Origin: Gallionellaceae bacterium
Lineage (GTDB): Bacteria > Pseudomonadota > Gammaproteobacteria > Burkholderiales > Gallionellaceae
Assembly (NCBI GenBank): GCA_041488395.1
Contig: JBGPPE010000001.1
Location: forward strand, 1-54,674
Length of the DNA: 54,674 nucleotides
Direction of reading: 5' to 3'
A model generated the notes under the pieces. It saw only the letters and a list, made by a program, of their open reading frames with translations, had not been told where the DNA came from and searched no databases. A program made the translations under genes and the position numbers. Below are positions 1 to 8,127 of this stretch, in pieces; the stretch's first letter is position 1; each line of letters begins with the position of its first letter.

Positions 1-63
1 ATCCTGGGCATAGGCCGTGATAATATCTTTTGCGAGATCAATGCCAACTGTCGTAATATTCAT
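1..63 (-). CDS. IS110-family transposase, N-terminal fragment (continues beyond the window edge)
   Basis: The reverse strand from ATG (63-61) reads MNITTVGIDLAKDIITAYAQD. This matches the characteristic IS110/IS1111 N-terminus (VGIDLAK). An AAGGAG-like RBS lies upstream on the minus strand (about 70-78). Confidence 0.6.
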   Translation of the reverse strand, partial: MNITTVGIDLAKDIITAYAQD

Positions 64-171
64 GTGGACTTCTCCTTCGTATTTTAGATTGACCGGAATT
101 CAATCTTGGCACATCGATGCCGTGCGGTTTAGCCGCTTTGCGATGTGGGAAGTCCATTTATATTCGTTCGA

Positions 172-733
172 GCGGGACGCTAAACTTCCCCCAAAATAAT
201 TGACACCTCCCCCTAACAAACGGAGGTGTTTTTATGGGCAAATCAAAGCCACCCAAAGTGCATCGATACAGCATGCATTTCAAGGCAACCGCAGCACGTT
301 TAAGCGATCTCCCCGATGTTCTGATTCAGGACGTGGCCGAGGCACTGGACATCCACCCCTTCATGCTGTCACGCTGGCGTAAACAAGCCAGGGAGGGATT
401 GATTGTGACCAAGGGTGTGAAGTTGGACGACGAGACCGTTACCGAACTTAAGCGGCTACGCGATCTGGAGCAGAAATACAAAGTCCTGCAACAGGAGCAT
501 GAACTCCTAAAAAAAAGCCATCCGGTTTGCTTCCGATCAAAATCGGAAATCTTCGAGTTCATCGAAGCAAACCGGGAAAGTCACACCGTCGCGTTAATCC
601 GTGCTGAGGAGCTATATTCCTTTCTATAACCGCAGTAGAATCCATTCATCTTTAAACTACGTGTCGCCAGCAACGTATGAAAATCAGTTGGCCTAATCAG
701 GTGTCAATTAAATCGGGGGAAGATTCCGCCGCA
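172..733 (+). mobile_element. IS3-family insertion sequence remnant with an internal deletion; both terminal inverted repeats are retained
   Basis: The left IR at 182-208 (aaacttcccccaaaataattgacacct) matches the reverse complement of 699-725 at 23/27 positions. An OrfA-like HTH ORF and an A8G slippery run (509-517) are present. Only the last 25 or so aa of OrfB remain (IPFYNRSRIHSSLNYVSPATYENQLA, ending about 696). Confidence 0.7.
234..629 (+). pseudogene. IS3-family OrfA fused to a truncated OrfB start (the DDE catalytic region is deleted)
   Basis: The translation shows an HTH-like LIQDVAEALDIHPFMLSRWRKQ, a leucine-zipper-like KRLRDLEQKYKVLQQEHELLKK and then a short OrfB-like stretch. No DDE domain is present. 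Confidence 0.7.
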
Positions 734-764
734 AAAGCGCGGCGTCCCTCAACTTTACGTTGAC

Positions 765-917
765 GCTGTAGAAAAACTACTTGATGAAAAATTGGAATAG
801 CGATGATCAATAATCGACCTTTCAAAATGAGCTGTATTCGACAATCGACTACACGGGAAGGGTTAAGTGACCCCCAGAAAATGATATGCGCGACCCCTCA
901 AGTAGTTTTTCTACAGC
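765..917. repeat. Perfect 20-bp inverted repeat pair flanking a 113-bp AT-richer core (MITE-like or large hairpin)
   Basis: gctgtagaaaaactacttga at 765-784 is the exact reverse complement of tcaagtagtttttctacagc at 898-917. Confidence 0.6.
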
Positions 918-1313
918 CTCGTTAGCCATCTATTGCTACGTTCATTACTGCATCGTGCGATGCGCCGTCACAAGAACAGACTGCACTTCCATAATCGGCC
1001 TTGTTGAATTTCAGAAGCGTGTCCGGGCCATGATACAAACCGCGCATCTTGCCTTCATTCGTTCATCGGGCTTGCCGCCACAGCGGGGATCAATCGCTTT
1101 GGTTAGTGACACCAACTATGTCTGCCCGAACCATGCTGGTTAACCAACAATGAAGCCAAGCGATCGCGGCTGGACGACAATGTAGGGTAAAGACCTGATT
1201 GCCACGCACCTTGCTGCGGCCGAGAATGCTGATTCATCCCACGGCAGAGGCACTGCCGCAAGCACAGTGCCTCTGCTCTGCCATTCAAAACGCTGTGCAT
1301 AAGGGAGATCACC

Positions 1314-1952
1314 ATGAAGATCGGAATCCTTGGCTCGGGTGTTGTCGCGCAGGCACTGGCTGGCGGCTTTCTCAAGCATGGCCATGAGGTGACGCTGGGC
1401 ACGCGCACGCCGGCCAAGCTGGCCGAATGGGCGGCAAAAAATCCCCGGGGGCGCATTGCCGGTTTTGCCGATGCCGCCAGCTTCGGCGAACTGGTGGTGC
1501 TGGCGGTTAAAGGCACGGTGGCGGCAGAGGTGCTGCGTCTCGCCGGCGCTGCAAATTTCGCGGGCAAGCCGGTCATCGATGTAACCAATCCGATCGCCGA
1601 TGCGCCCCCGGTGAACGGGGTATTAAAGTATTTCACCAGTCTCGATGAGTCCCAGATGGAGCGCCTGCAGCACGAGTTTGCCAGCGCGCGCTTTGTCAAA
1701 GCCTTCAATTCTGTCGGCAACGCGTCCATGGTTAATCCGCAGTTCAAGGGTGGCAAGCCGACCATGTTTATCTGCGGCAACGACGAGTCGGCCAAGCAGA
1801 TGGTGAGCAAAATCCTCGACCAGTTCGGCTGGGAAACGGCGGACATGGGCAAGGTTGAAGCGGCCCGCGCCATCGAGCCGCTGTGCATGCTCTGGTGCAT
1901 ACCCGGCTTCCTGCGCAACGATTGGGCGCACGCCTTCAAACTGCTGACGTAG
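1314..1952 (+). CDS. NADPH-dependent F420 reductase-like / NADP oxidoreductase (Rossmann fold)
   Basis: Starts MKIGILGSGVVAQALAGGF (GxGxxG). The overall pattern fits the NpdG/ProC-like family. A GGGAGA RBS precedes the ATG. Confidence 0.85.
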   Translation: MKIGILGSGVVAQALAGGFLKHGHEVTLGTRTPAKLAEWAAKNPRGRIAGFADAASFGELVVLAVKGTVAAEVLRLAGAANFAGKPVIDVTNPIADAPPVNGVLKYFTSLDESQMERLQHEFASARFVKAFNSVGNASMVNPQFKGGKPTMFICGNDESAKQMVSKILDQFGWETADMGKVEAARAIEPLCMLWCIPGFLRNDWAHAFKLLT

Positions 1953-2004
1953 GCAGGCTTGCATCCCATGTAGTTGCGGCCTGCGCGACAAGGGAGAAGA
2001 CACC

Positions 2005-2640
2005 ATGCAAGTTGAAATCTGGTCGGATGTGATCTGCCCCTGGTGCTACATCGGCAAGCGACGCTTCGAGCAGGCACTCGCCGATTTTGCCCGGCGGGAC
2101 AGTGTGCAAGTGATCTGGCGCAGCTTTGAACTGGACCCCGACGCGACGCGCCAACAAGCCGGCACGCTGGCGGAGATGCTGGCGAAAAAATACCGCGTCA
2201 GCCTGCAAGAGGCGGCGGCGATGAACAGCTATGTGACCAGGCTCGCCAGCGAAATCGGGCTGGAGTATCAGCTGTCCGCCGCACGCCCCGGCAATACCTT
2301 CGATGCCCATCGCCTGCTGCACTTTGCCGCTTCCAGGCAACTGGGCGAGCGCGCCAGCGAATGCATCATGCACGGCTATTTTTCCGCAGGATTGGCGGTA
2401 GGCGAGCGCGCCGCGCTGAGCCGCCTGGCACCGCAATTCGGCATCGCCGAGAGCGAGGCGCTGGCAGTGCTGGAGAGCGATGATTATGCCGACGCGGTGC
2501 GTGCCGACGAGGCGCGCGCAGCAGCACTCGGCGTCAGCGGCGTGCCGTACTTTTTGCTTGACGAGCAGACCGCCATCACCGGCGCGCAGCCGGTCAGGTT
2601 GTTTGCCGAAACACTGCAACAGACGTGGCCGGATAGGTAG
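2005..2640 (+). CDS. DsbA-family (FrnE-like) thiol oxidoreductase
   Basis: N-terminal IWSDVICPWCYIGKRRFE contains a CPWC thioredoxin-fold motif. C-terminal GVSGVPYFLLD is typical of the DsbA/FrnE family. Confidence 0.85.
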   Translation: MQVEIWSDVICPWCYIGKRRFEQALADFARRDSVQVIWRSFELDPDATRQQAGTLAEMLAKKYRVSLQEAAAMNSYVTRLASEIGLEYQLSAARPGNTFDAHRLLHFAASRQLGERASECIMHGYFSAGLAVGERAALSRLAPQFGIAESEALAVLESDDYADAVRADEARAAALGVSGVPYFLLDEQTAITGAQPVRLFAETLQQTWPDR

Positions 2641-2713
2641 CTATTCCTTACCCTGCACTGGAGCCAATCTTTCCGCCCTGTATTTCCTGTCACTATCAGA
2701 AAGGAGCCCTGCC

Positions 2714-3763
2714 ATGCGCCCCATCCGCCCAGCCCAGTTAGCCCTGGCCCTCACCCTGGCCTGGAGCACAGCCCAGGCGCAGGTTCCGGCCGCTTCGGCG
2801 CCTCCTGCAGCATCTCCCGCGCCGAAAGCGAGCCTGCTGGATCGCTCCGCCCCCAACATCGACAGCCTGCCCGATGACGACTACGGCAAGCTGGCGCGCT
2901 ATGGCCACGCACTGTCCACGCGCACCTTTGCCTATATCGGGCCGGAAGTGAAAGACAGGAAAATGCGCTATAGCGGCAACAACCTCGCCTGTACCAACTG
3001 CCACCAGGAAAACGCCACCAAACCCTTCGCCATGCCCTGGGTCGGCGTCACCGCTACCTTTCCGCAGTACCGCGGCCGCGAAGATGTCGTCAGTACGGTG
3101 GAAGAGCGGGTCAATGGCTGCATGGAACGCAGCATGAGCGGCAAGCCGCTGCCCTTGAACTCGCATGAAATGAAGGCCTTCGTCACTTACATCCACTTTC
3201 TCTCCCAGGGCATCCCGGTGGGGGCCCAGGTGGAAGGCAGCGGCACCAAGAACATCCCGGCCCCCAACCGGCGTGCCGACCCGGCCGCCGGTGAGGGCGT
3301 GTTCAAAGCCCGCTGCATCGTCTGCCACGGCGAGGACGGCGCGGGCAAGCGCAACGGGGTGAAAGGCGATGCGCAGGGTTATCTCTTCCCGCCGCTGTGG
3401 GGAGCCGATTCCTTCAACAACGGGGCCGGCTTGAACCGCCTGCTGACGACGATGCGCTTTCTCAAGCAAAACATGCCGCAGGGCGCCAGCCACAAGGCCA
3501 CCGTGTTGAGCGACGATGAAGCCTACGACGTGGCCGGTTACATCCTCTCGCGGCCGCGCCCGCTCAAGGCCCATCTGGAACTGGATTTCCCCGCCCGCTG
3601 GAACAAGCCGATCGACGCGGCATTCCCGCCCTATGTTGACGGTGCCCCGGCAGACCAGCACAAGTACGGCCCGTTCCAGCCGCTGGCAGATATGGCCCGC
3701 AAAGCCGCGGCCAAACGGGCAGAGGAACTGAAGGCGAAGAAAGCCGTGCCGGACGCCAGGTAA
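2714..3763 (+). CDS. tsdA: Dihaem c-type cytochrome, thiosulfate dehydrogenase (TsdA)-like
   Basis: Signal peptide MRPIRPAQLALALTLAWSTAQA after an AAGGAG RBS (2701-2706). Two CxxCH motifs (CTNCH, CIVCH). Also contains NGCMERSMSG (candidate Cys axial ligand) and PPLWGADSFNNGAG, as in TsdA-family proteins. Confidence 0.72.
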   Translation: MRPIRPAQLALALTLAWSTAQAQVPAASAPPAASPAPKASLLDRSAPNIDSLPDDDYGKLARYGHALSTRTFAYIGPEVKDRKMRYSGNNLACTNCHQENATKPFAMPWVGVTATFPQYRGREDVVSTVEERVNGCMERSMSGKPLPLNSHEMKAFVTYIHFLSQGIPVGAQVEGSGTKNIPAPNRRADPAAGEGVFKARCIVCHGEDGAGKRNGVKGDAQGYLFPPLWGADSFNNGAGLNRLLTTMRFLKQNMPQGASHKATVLSDDEAYDVAGYILSRPRPLKAHLELDFPARWNKPIDAAFPPYVDGAPADQHKYGPFQPLADMARKAAAKRAEELKAKKAVPDAR

Positions 3764-4087
3764 ACCCCGCAACACGTTTGCCGGATGGGTGCAGGTCTCT
3801 CCTTGCCGCCATCCCGCTTCTTCGCAGCCCCTTCCAGTAGCTGAGCCCAGGTAAAATTCCTGCACTTGCGGCATGCCTTAGGCTACCATTTCAGCCATCG
3901 AAAACGGCGGTGTGAGCTGGGTGCCGAACGTGCCAGGATTGGTGCTCGTTACCTGCAGTGTCATGCTGACGCATTCGTATTGCCCGCTGAGGAGATGGCG
4001 CTTGAACATGCAGTACAACGCTGTTGCAAACACCCCTCAAGTCGCATGCGTTCGGGCCACCGCGTTAACCCTACAGGAGAAAATTTC

Positions 4088-4603
4088 ATGATGAAGCTAT
4101 TCCAGGTTGTTCTGATTGCGCTGCTTGCACTGCACCCCGCCATTGCCGCCGAAACCAAAGCAAGCGAGGCTTCGATCAGGGAGCTGATGACGGTGATGGA
4201 GTCAAAGAAGCTGATTGAGGGCACCATGGGCCAGGTTGATTCGATGATGCAGGCTTCCATGCAGCATGCTCTCGCCGGCCAGCAAGTGACCCCGGAGCAG
4301 CAGAAGATCCTGGACCAGATGCGCGCCAGGATGCTGGGCCTGGTCAAGCAGCAAATCAGCTGGGATGCGCTGGAGCCCATGCTGATCGACATTTACCAGA
4401 AATCATTCAGCGAGCAGGAAGTGCAAGGCATGCTCGATTTCTACAAGTCCGATGCCGGCAAGGCGGTGATCGCCAAGATGCCGCTGGTGATGCAGCACAC
4501 CATGCAGGCCATGCAATTGCGCATGGCCGACCTCATGCCCAAGATACAGCAGTTGCAGCAGGAGACCCTGGCGCAACTGAAGGCTGCCAACAAGAAAAAG
4601 TGA
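4088..4603 (+). CDS. DUF2059-like periplasmic protein
   Basis: Signal peptide MMKLFQVVLIALLALHPAIAA and an AGGAGA RBS. FSEQEVQGMLDFYKSDAGKAVIAKMP is typical of DUF2059. Confidence 0.72.
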   Translation: MMKLFQVVLIALLALHPAIAAETKASEASIRELMTVMESKKLIEGTMGQVDSMMQASMQHALAGQQVTPEQQKILDQMRARMLGLVKQQISWDALEPMLIDIYQKSFSEQEVQGMLDFYKSDAGKAVIAKMPLVMQHTMQAMQLRMADLMPKIQQLQQETLAQLKAANKKK

Positions 4604-4634
4604 GCGTAAGCCAGCTCGTCGCAATGGAGACAGC

Positions 4635-5012
4635 GTGAGAGAACAGCTCAAAGTCCGCCAGATTCCGGGGGAGCCGCAACGCCGCTGGTTCACCTCCAGG
4701 GAGTTTGACCTGATCGTGTGGCTGGCTGACGATCAAGGCTTCAGCGGCTTTGAATTGTGTTACGACAAGCTGCACAACGAGCACGCCATCGCCTGGAGCA
4801 AGGCCAGCGGCTTCCGCCATATGGCGGTGGATGACGGGGAGCAAAGGCCGGGCAAGTACAAGGCAACCCCGATCCTGGTTGCCGACGGGCTGTTTGATGC
4901 CGGGCGCATCCATGCGGCTTTCCGCGCGGCCAGCCGCACATTGCCGCAGGAGGTTGCCGACTATGTCTTGCAGGCGCTGGAGCAATATCCGCAGCGTCCG
5001 GCAGAGCAATAG
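4635..5012 (+). CDS. Conserved hypothetical protein
   Basis: GTG start 5 nt after a GGAGA. Codon usage matches the backbone. No domain recognised. Confidence 0.5.
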   Translation: MREQLKVRQIPGEPQRRWFTSREFDLIVWLADDQGFSGFELCYDKLHNEHAIAWSKASGFRHMAVDDGEQRPGKYKATPILVADGLFDAGRIHAAFRAASRTLPQEVADYVLQALEQYPQRPAEQ

Positions 5013-5042
5013 CCCGGCACCTCAGCAGCGGCCGCTACCGTG

Positions 5043-5465
5043 ATGCACAGCGCCCTGCCCTATCAATTCCTTGCCGATCTCGTGCTGGCATTGCATGCCG
5101 CTGTGGTTGTGTTTGTCATCGCCGGCCTCGTGCTCATCATCATCGGCAACCGCAAGGGCTGGCGCTGGGTGAATGCCTGGTGCTTCAGGCTCGCGCATCT
5201 GGCTGCAATCGCGTTTGTCGTGGCCGAGGCCTGGCTGGGCATCACCTGCCCCCTAACCACGCTGGAGATGTGGTTGCGCAGCCAAGCCGGGGCAGCCACC
5301 TACCGCGGCAGTTTTATCGAGCACTGGCTGCAAAGGCTGCTCTACTACGATTTACCACCCTGGGTTTTTATGCTGGGCTACACGCTGTTTGGCTTGCTGG
5401 TGCTGGCGACGTGGATTTGTTTTCCGCCAGAGACTAAAGGCAAGAGCAAGGATGGCGATATCTGA
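5043..5465 (+). CDS. DUF2784-like inner-membrane protein
   Basis: Four predicted TM helices. The AEAWLGITCPLTTLE motif is typical of DUF2784. The start could be ATG 5043 or GTG 5040. Confidence 0.68.
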   Translation: MHSALPYQFLADLVLALHAAVVVFVIAGLVLIIIGNRKGWRWVNAWCFRLAHLAAIAFVVAEAWLGITCPLTTLEMWLRSQAGAATYRGSFIEHWLQRLLYYDLPPWVFMLGYTLFGLLVLATWICFPPETKGKSKDGDI

Positions 5466-5502
5466 ACAGGCAGCCTGGTGGAGAACAAAACAAGGGAGCA
5501 AT

Positions 5503-5859
5503 ATGAAACCTGCAGAACATGAAATGAGGATCATCAAGGAGTTCCAGGATCGTCTGCGTGAATTCAGGCCAATCTGGAATCGCAATATCCTGTTTATTTT
5601 CCTGCCCGGATTCCTGATGTTCGGCGCAGCCGGCCCGGGCTATCTGCTGATCCCCGGCGCCCAGCCTGTGCATGCACCATGGCTGTTGTTTAGCGGGATC
5701 GCACTGTGCGTAATTGGCGGCATACGCGGGGCATATCTGATGGCTAAACATTGCCGCTGCCCGATGTGCGACAAGATACAAACACCGGCAAAGTATTTCC
5801 CCTACCGCAAATGTCTCAGGTGTGGCACCAGGTTATCTGTCTCCTGGAAAGATTCCTGA
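5503..5859 (+). CDS. Hypothetical membrane protein with a C-terminal CxxC...CxxC zinc-ribbon
   Basis: ATG after a GGGAG RBS. Two TM helices, then CRCPMCDKIQ...CLRCGTRL. Confidence 0.5.
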   Translation: MKPAEHEMRIIKEFQDRLREFRPIWNRNILFIFLPGFLMFGAAGPGYLLIPGAQPVHAPWLLFSGIALCVIGGIRGAYLMAKHCRCPMCDKIQTPAKYFPYRKCLRCGTRLSVSWKDS

Positions 5860-5874
5860 TCTCACTACGCTGCG

Positions 5875-8031
5875 CTAGGAGGCTTTTCTTTCCTGCCGCC
5901 GCTGCAACGTCCGCCACAGCCACCAGCCGGATGCCAGCAGCGCCAGGCCGCTCAGCCACAGCGGCCACAGCAGCGGCTGGTTCCATTGCTGGCGCAGCTG
6001 GTCGCGCTGGGCGGCATCGATGCGCAAATACTTCAGGTTGTTGGTCGCCATTTTGTTGGGCTTGCTGTTGTATAGCCAGCTGTGGTGCAGCACGTAATCC
6101 TTGGGGTGATAGCCCCATAGCCAGGGCGAGTCGTGGCGCAGAATTTCCAGCATGCGGTCGATGATGGCCTGGCGCGCCGGGCTATTGGGCATGCTCTTCA
6201 TCTGTTCAAACAGGCGGTCGTATTCCGGGTTACTGTAGTTGGTGGCATTCTCGCCGCCATGGCCCACCTTGGCCTGTGCACCATTTAACAGGAACAGGAA
6301 ATTTTCCGGGTCGGGGTAGTCGGCGTTCCAGCCGAAGTAGAACAACTGCGTATCGCCGCGCCGCACCTTGTCCTGAAAGCGGTTGTAATCGGTATTGCGC
6401 GCCACCAGTTGCAGGTTGAGCTTGTCGAACTGTTTGCGCAGCCAGTCTAGTCTGGACTTGGCCCCCATGCCGGTCGAGGTGGTGTCGAGATAGATCACCA
6501 GCGGCTGCCGGGTTTTTTCATCCAGGCCGTTGGGGTAGCCTGCTTCGGCCAGCAGGCGTTTGGCCACGGCCAGCGGCTTGCGCTGCGGCGCGCCGTTGAC
6601 CCAGTCATACACTTCGGGGTTGATGCCCGCCGCTCCCTCGCGATAGCCGAAGATGCCGGGCGGAATGGGCGACTGCGCGCTGATGCCGCGACCGTTGGCA
6701 AAGATGGAAACAAACTCTTCCATATCCAGCGCAATGGCAATCGCCAGGCGCAGCTTGCGCGCTCGTTCGGAATTGCCGCCTACCACGGGATCGAGCCAGT
6801 TAAATCCCATATACATGGTGGAAGTGGCCACCGAGGTGGACAGCGTGATGCCCTGCGCCCTCATCTCGTCGCTGACATTGGCCTCGCCACCCACGCTGAC
6901 CTGCACCGCCTGGTCAAAGCTTTCCGAGCTGATGCCGGAGGCGTCGTAGTAGCCCTGCAGGAACTTGTTCCAGTAGGGGATGGTTTCCTTCTCCAGGCTG
7001 AACACCACCTGGTCGATCAGCGGCAAGGGCTTGCCCGCATCAGCGAGCAGGCCGGCAGCACGGTCGCCCGCCTCGCCCTCGGACGGATAAAACTCGGGAG
7101 CAAAGTTGGGGTTGCGGCTCAGCACCATGCGCTGGTTGGGATTGTTTTCCGACAGGTAATACGGCCCGCTGCCCACCGGCCACCAGTCCAGGGTGAGGTT
7201 GCGTTCATGCATGCCCGGCTGCGCATAGAAGCGCTCGGCTTCCACCGGCATCGGCGCAAAGAACGGCATCGCCAGCCAGTAGATGAATTGCGGATATTTG
7301 CCATACACCTTGATGCGGTAGCTGTGTGCATCGAGCACCTGTGCGCCATCCAGCGCGTAGTCGCGCAGGTCGAGAAACTGCCCGGGATGCTGCTGCGCCT
7401 TGCGCAGGGTAGCGGCATAGTCTTTCAGGCCGACGATATGCTCGGCCATCAGCCCGCTGATCGGCGAATGGATCTCGGGATGGGCCAGGCGCTTGATCTG
7501 GTACACATAGTCAGCAGCGGTCACCGCACGCGTGCCGCTATGGGCAAAGTCGCCCAGCGCGTTGATGCCGTGCAGCTCAGCCGGTTTGAGCGCCAGATAT
7601 TCCGCATTGCCCGCGGTGTCGCGCGCAAAGGCCGGATGCGGCTGGTAGCGCAGATCGGGGCGCAGATGAATGTCATAGACGCTATAGGCCACCTGCTCGG
7701 CAGGGGCATCGTCGCGCAACAGACGGTTGTTCTTGTCTAGGTAGTGCACCGTGGGCATTTGGCTTGCCGCCTGCGGGATCAGCGTGTACGGGCGTTTCAG
7801 GTAATGGTATTGCAGCGGCGGCTGGTAGATTTGCGCGAGGAAGACATACTCGTTTTCGCTGTAGGCCTGCGCCGGGTCGAGGTGTTTGGGGCGCTCGGTG
7901 AAGGAGCTGTAGAAAATCGACTGCGGCTTGCCATCGCCAGAATTTGGATCACTGGCCGGATAGGGGTTATTCCACAGCCCGCCATCGCAGGCGCCGAGCA
8001 AGATCAGAGGTAAGCAGAATAGCCATTTCAT
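5875..8031 (-). CDS. Family-5 (peptide/nickel type) ABC substrate-binding protein homologue, lipoprotein with a C-terminal TM helix
   Basis: Lipobox LILLGAC at the N-terminus. SBP_bac_5-like body. C-terminal hydrophobic PLLWPLWLSGLALLASGWWLW followed by basic residues. Confidence 0.82.
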   Translation of the reverse strand: MKWLFCLPLILLGACDGGLWNNPYPASDPNSGDGKPQSIFYSSFTERPKHLDPAQAYSENEYVFLAQIYQPPLQYHYLKRPYTLIPQAASQMPTVHYLDKNNRLLRDDAPAEQVAYSVYDIHLRPDLRYQPHPAFARDTAGNAEYLALKPAELHGINALGDFAHSGTRAVTAADYVYQIKRLAHPEIHSPISGLMAEHIVGLKDYAATLRKAQQHPGQFLDLRDYALDGAQVLDAHSYRIKVYGKYPQFIYWLAMPFFAPMPVEAERFYAQPGMHERNLTLDWWPVGSGPYYLSENNPNQRMVLSRNPNFAPEFYPSEGEAGDRAAGLLADAGKPLPLIDQVVFSLEKETIPYWNKFLQGYYDASGISSESFDQAVQVSVGGEANVSDEMRAQGITLSTSVATSTMYMGFNWLDPVVGGNSERARKLRLAIAIALDMEEFVSIFANGRGISAQSPIPPGIFGYREGAAGINPEVYDWVNGAPQRKPLAVAKRLLAEAGYPNGLDEKTRQPLVIYLDTTSTGMGAKSRLDWLRKQFDKLNLQLVARNTDYNRFQDKVRRGDTQLFYFGWNADYPDPENFLFLLNGAQAKVGHGGENATNYSNPEYDRLFEQMKSMPNSPARQAIIDRMLEILRHDSPWLWGYHPKDYVLHHSWLYNSKPNKMATNNLKYLRIDAAQRDQLRQQWNQPLLWPLWLSGLALLASGWWLWRTLQRRQERKAS

Positions 8032-8127
8032 GAGTGCCAGTTTATCTGAAAACGGGCGCAAATTGACGCGGAAAAATTTGCGCTTCGCGGTAAGATTGCA
8101 GAGTTAAAAATTATCCGGAGCAAGACA

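Noticed and set aside
17-199. A 60-aa plus-strand ORF at the extreme left.
   Set aside because: It overlaps the IS110 transposase N-terminus and its upstream region on the opposite strand, and has no supporting signals.
886-1143. An 85-aa plus-strand ORF and short minus-strand ORFs in the 917-1310 spacer.
   Set aside because: No RBS, no recognisable motif and atypical composition. The region is probably non-coding debris next to the IS remnants. A 12-bp-stem hairpin at 1244-1276 lacks a U-tract, so it is not called as a terminator.
1103-2077. Long minus-strand ORF (324 aa) overlapping the NADP oxidoreductase and DsbA genes. Similar long antisense ORFs occur at 10107-10940, 13865-15772, 19741-21669, 25969-27081, 33075-34757, 35895-37445 and 50704-52200.
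   Set aside because: These are typical high-GC shadow ORFs. They are Arg/Ala/Gly/His-rich low-information translations with no RBS, and each lies opposite a gene with clear family motifs.
2480-2713. An N-terminal extension of the cytochrome ORF (the track start at 2480 overlaps the DsbA gene).
   Set aside because: The AAGGAG RBS and a canonical signal peptide begin at 2714. The extension is an Arg/Pro-rich out-of-context sequence.
3764-4087. A 324-bp spacer upstream of the DUF2059 gene, examined for a riboswitch or small RNA.
   Set aside because: I could not recognise conserved cores of the TPP, cobalamin, SAM, c-di-GMP or fluoride riboswitches by eye. A covariance-model scan would be needed, so no claim is made.
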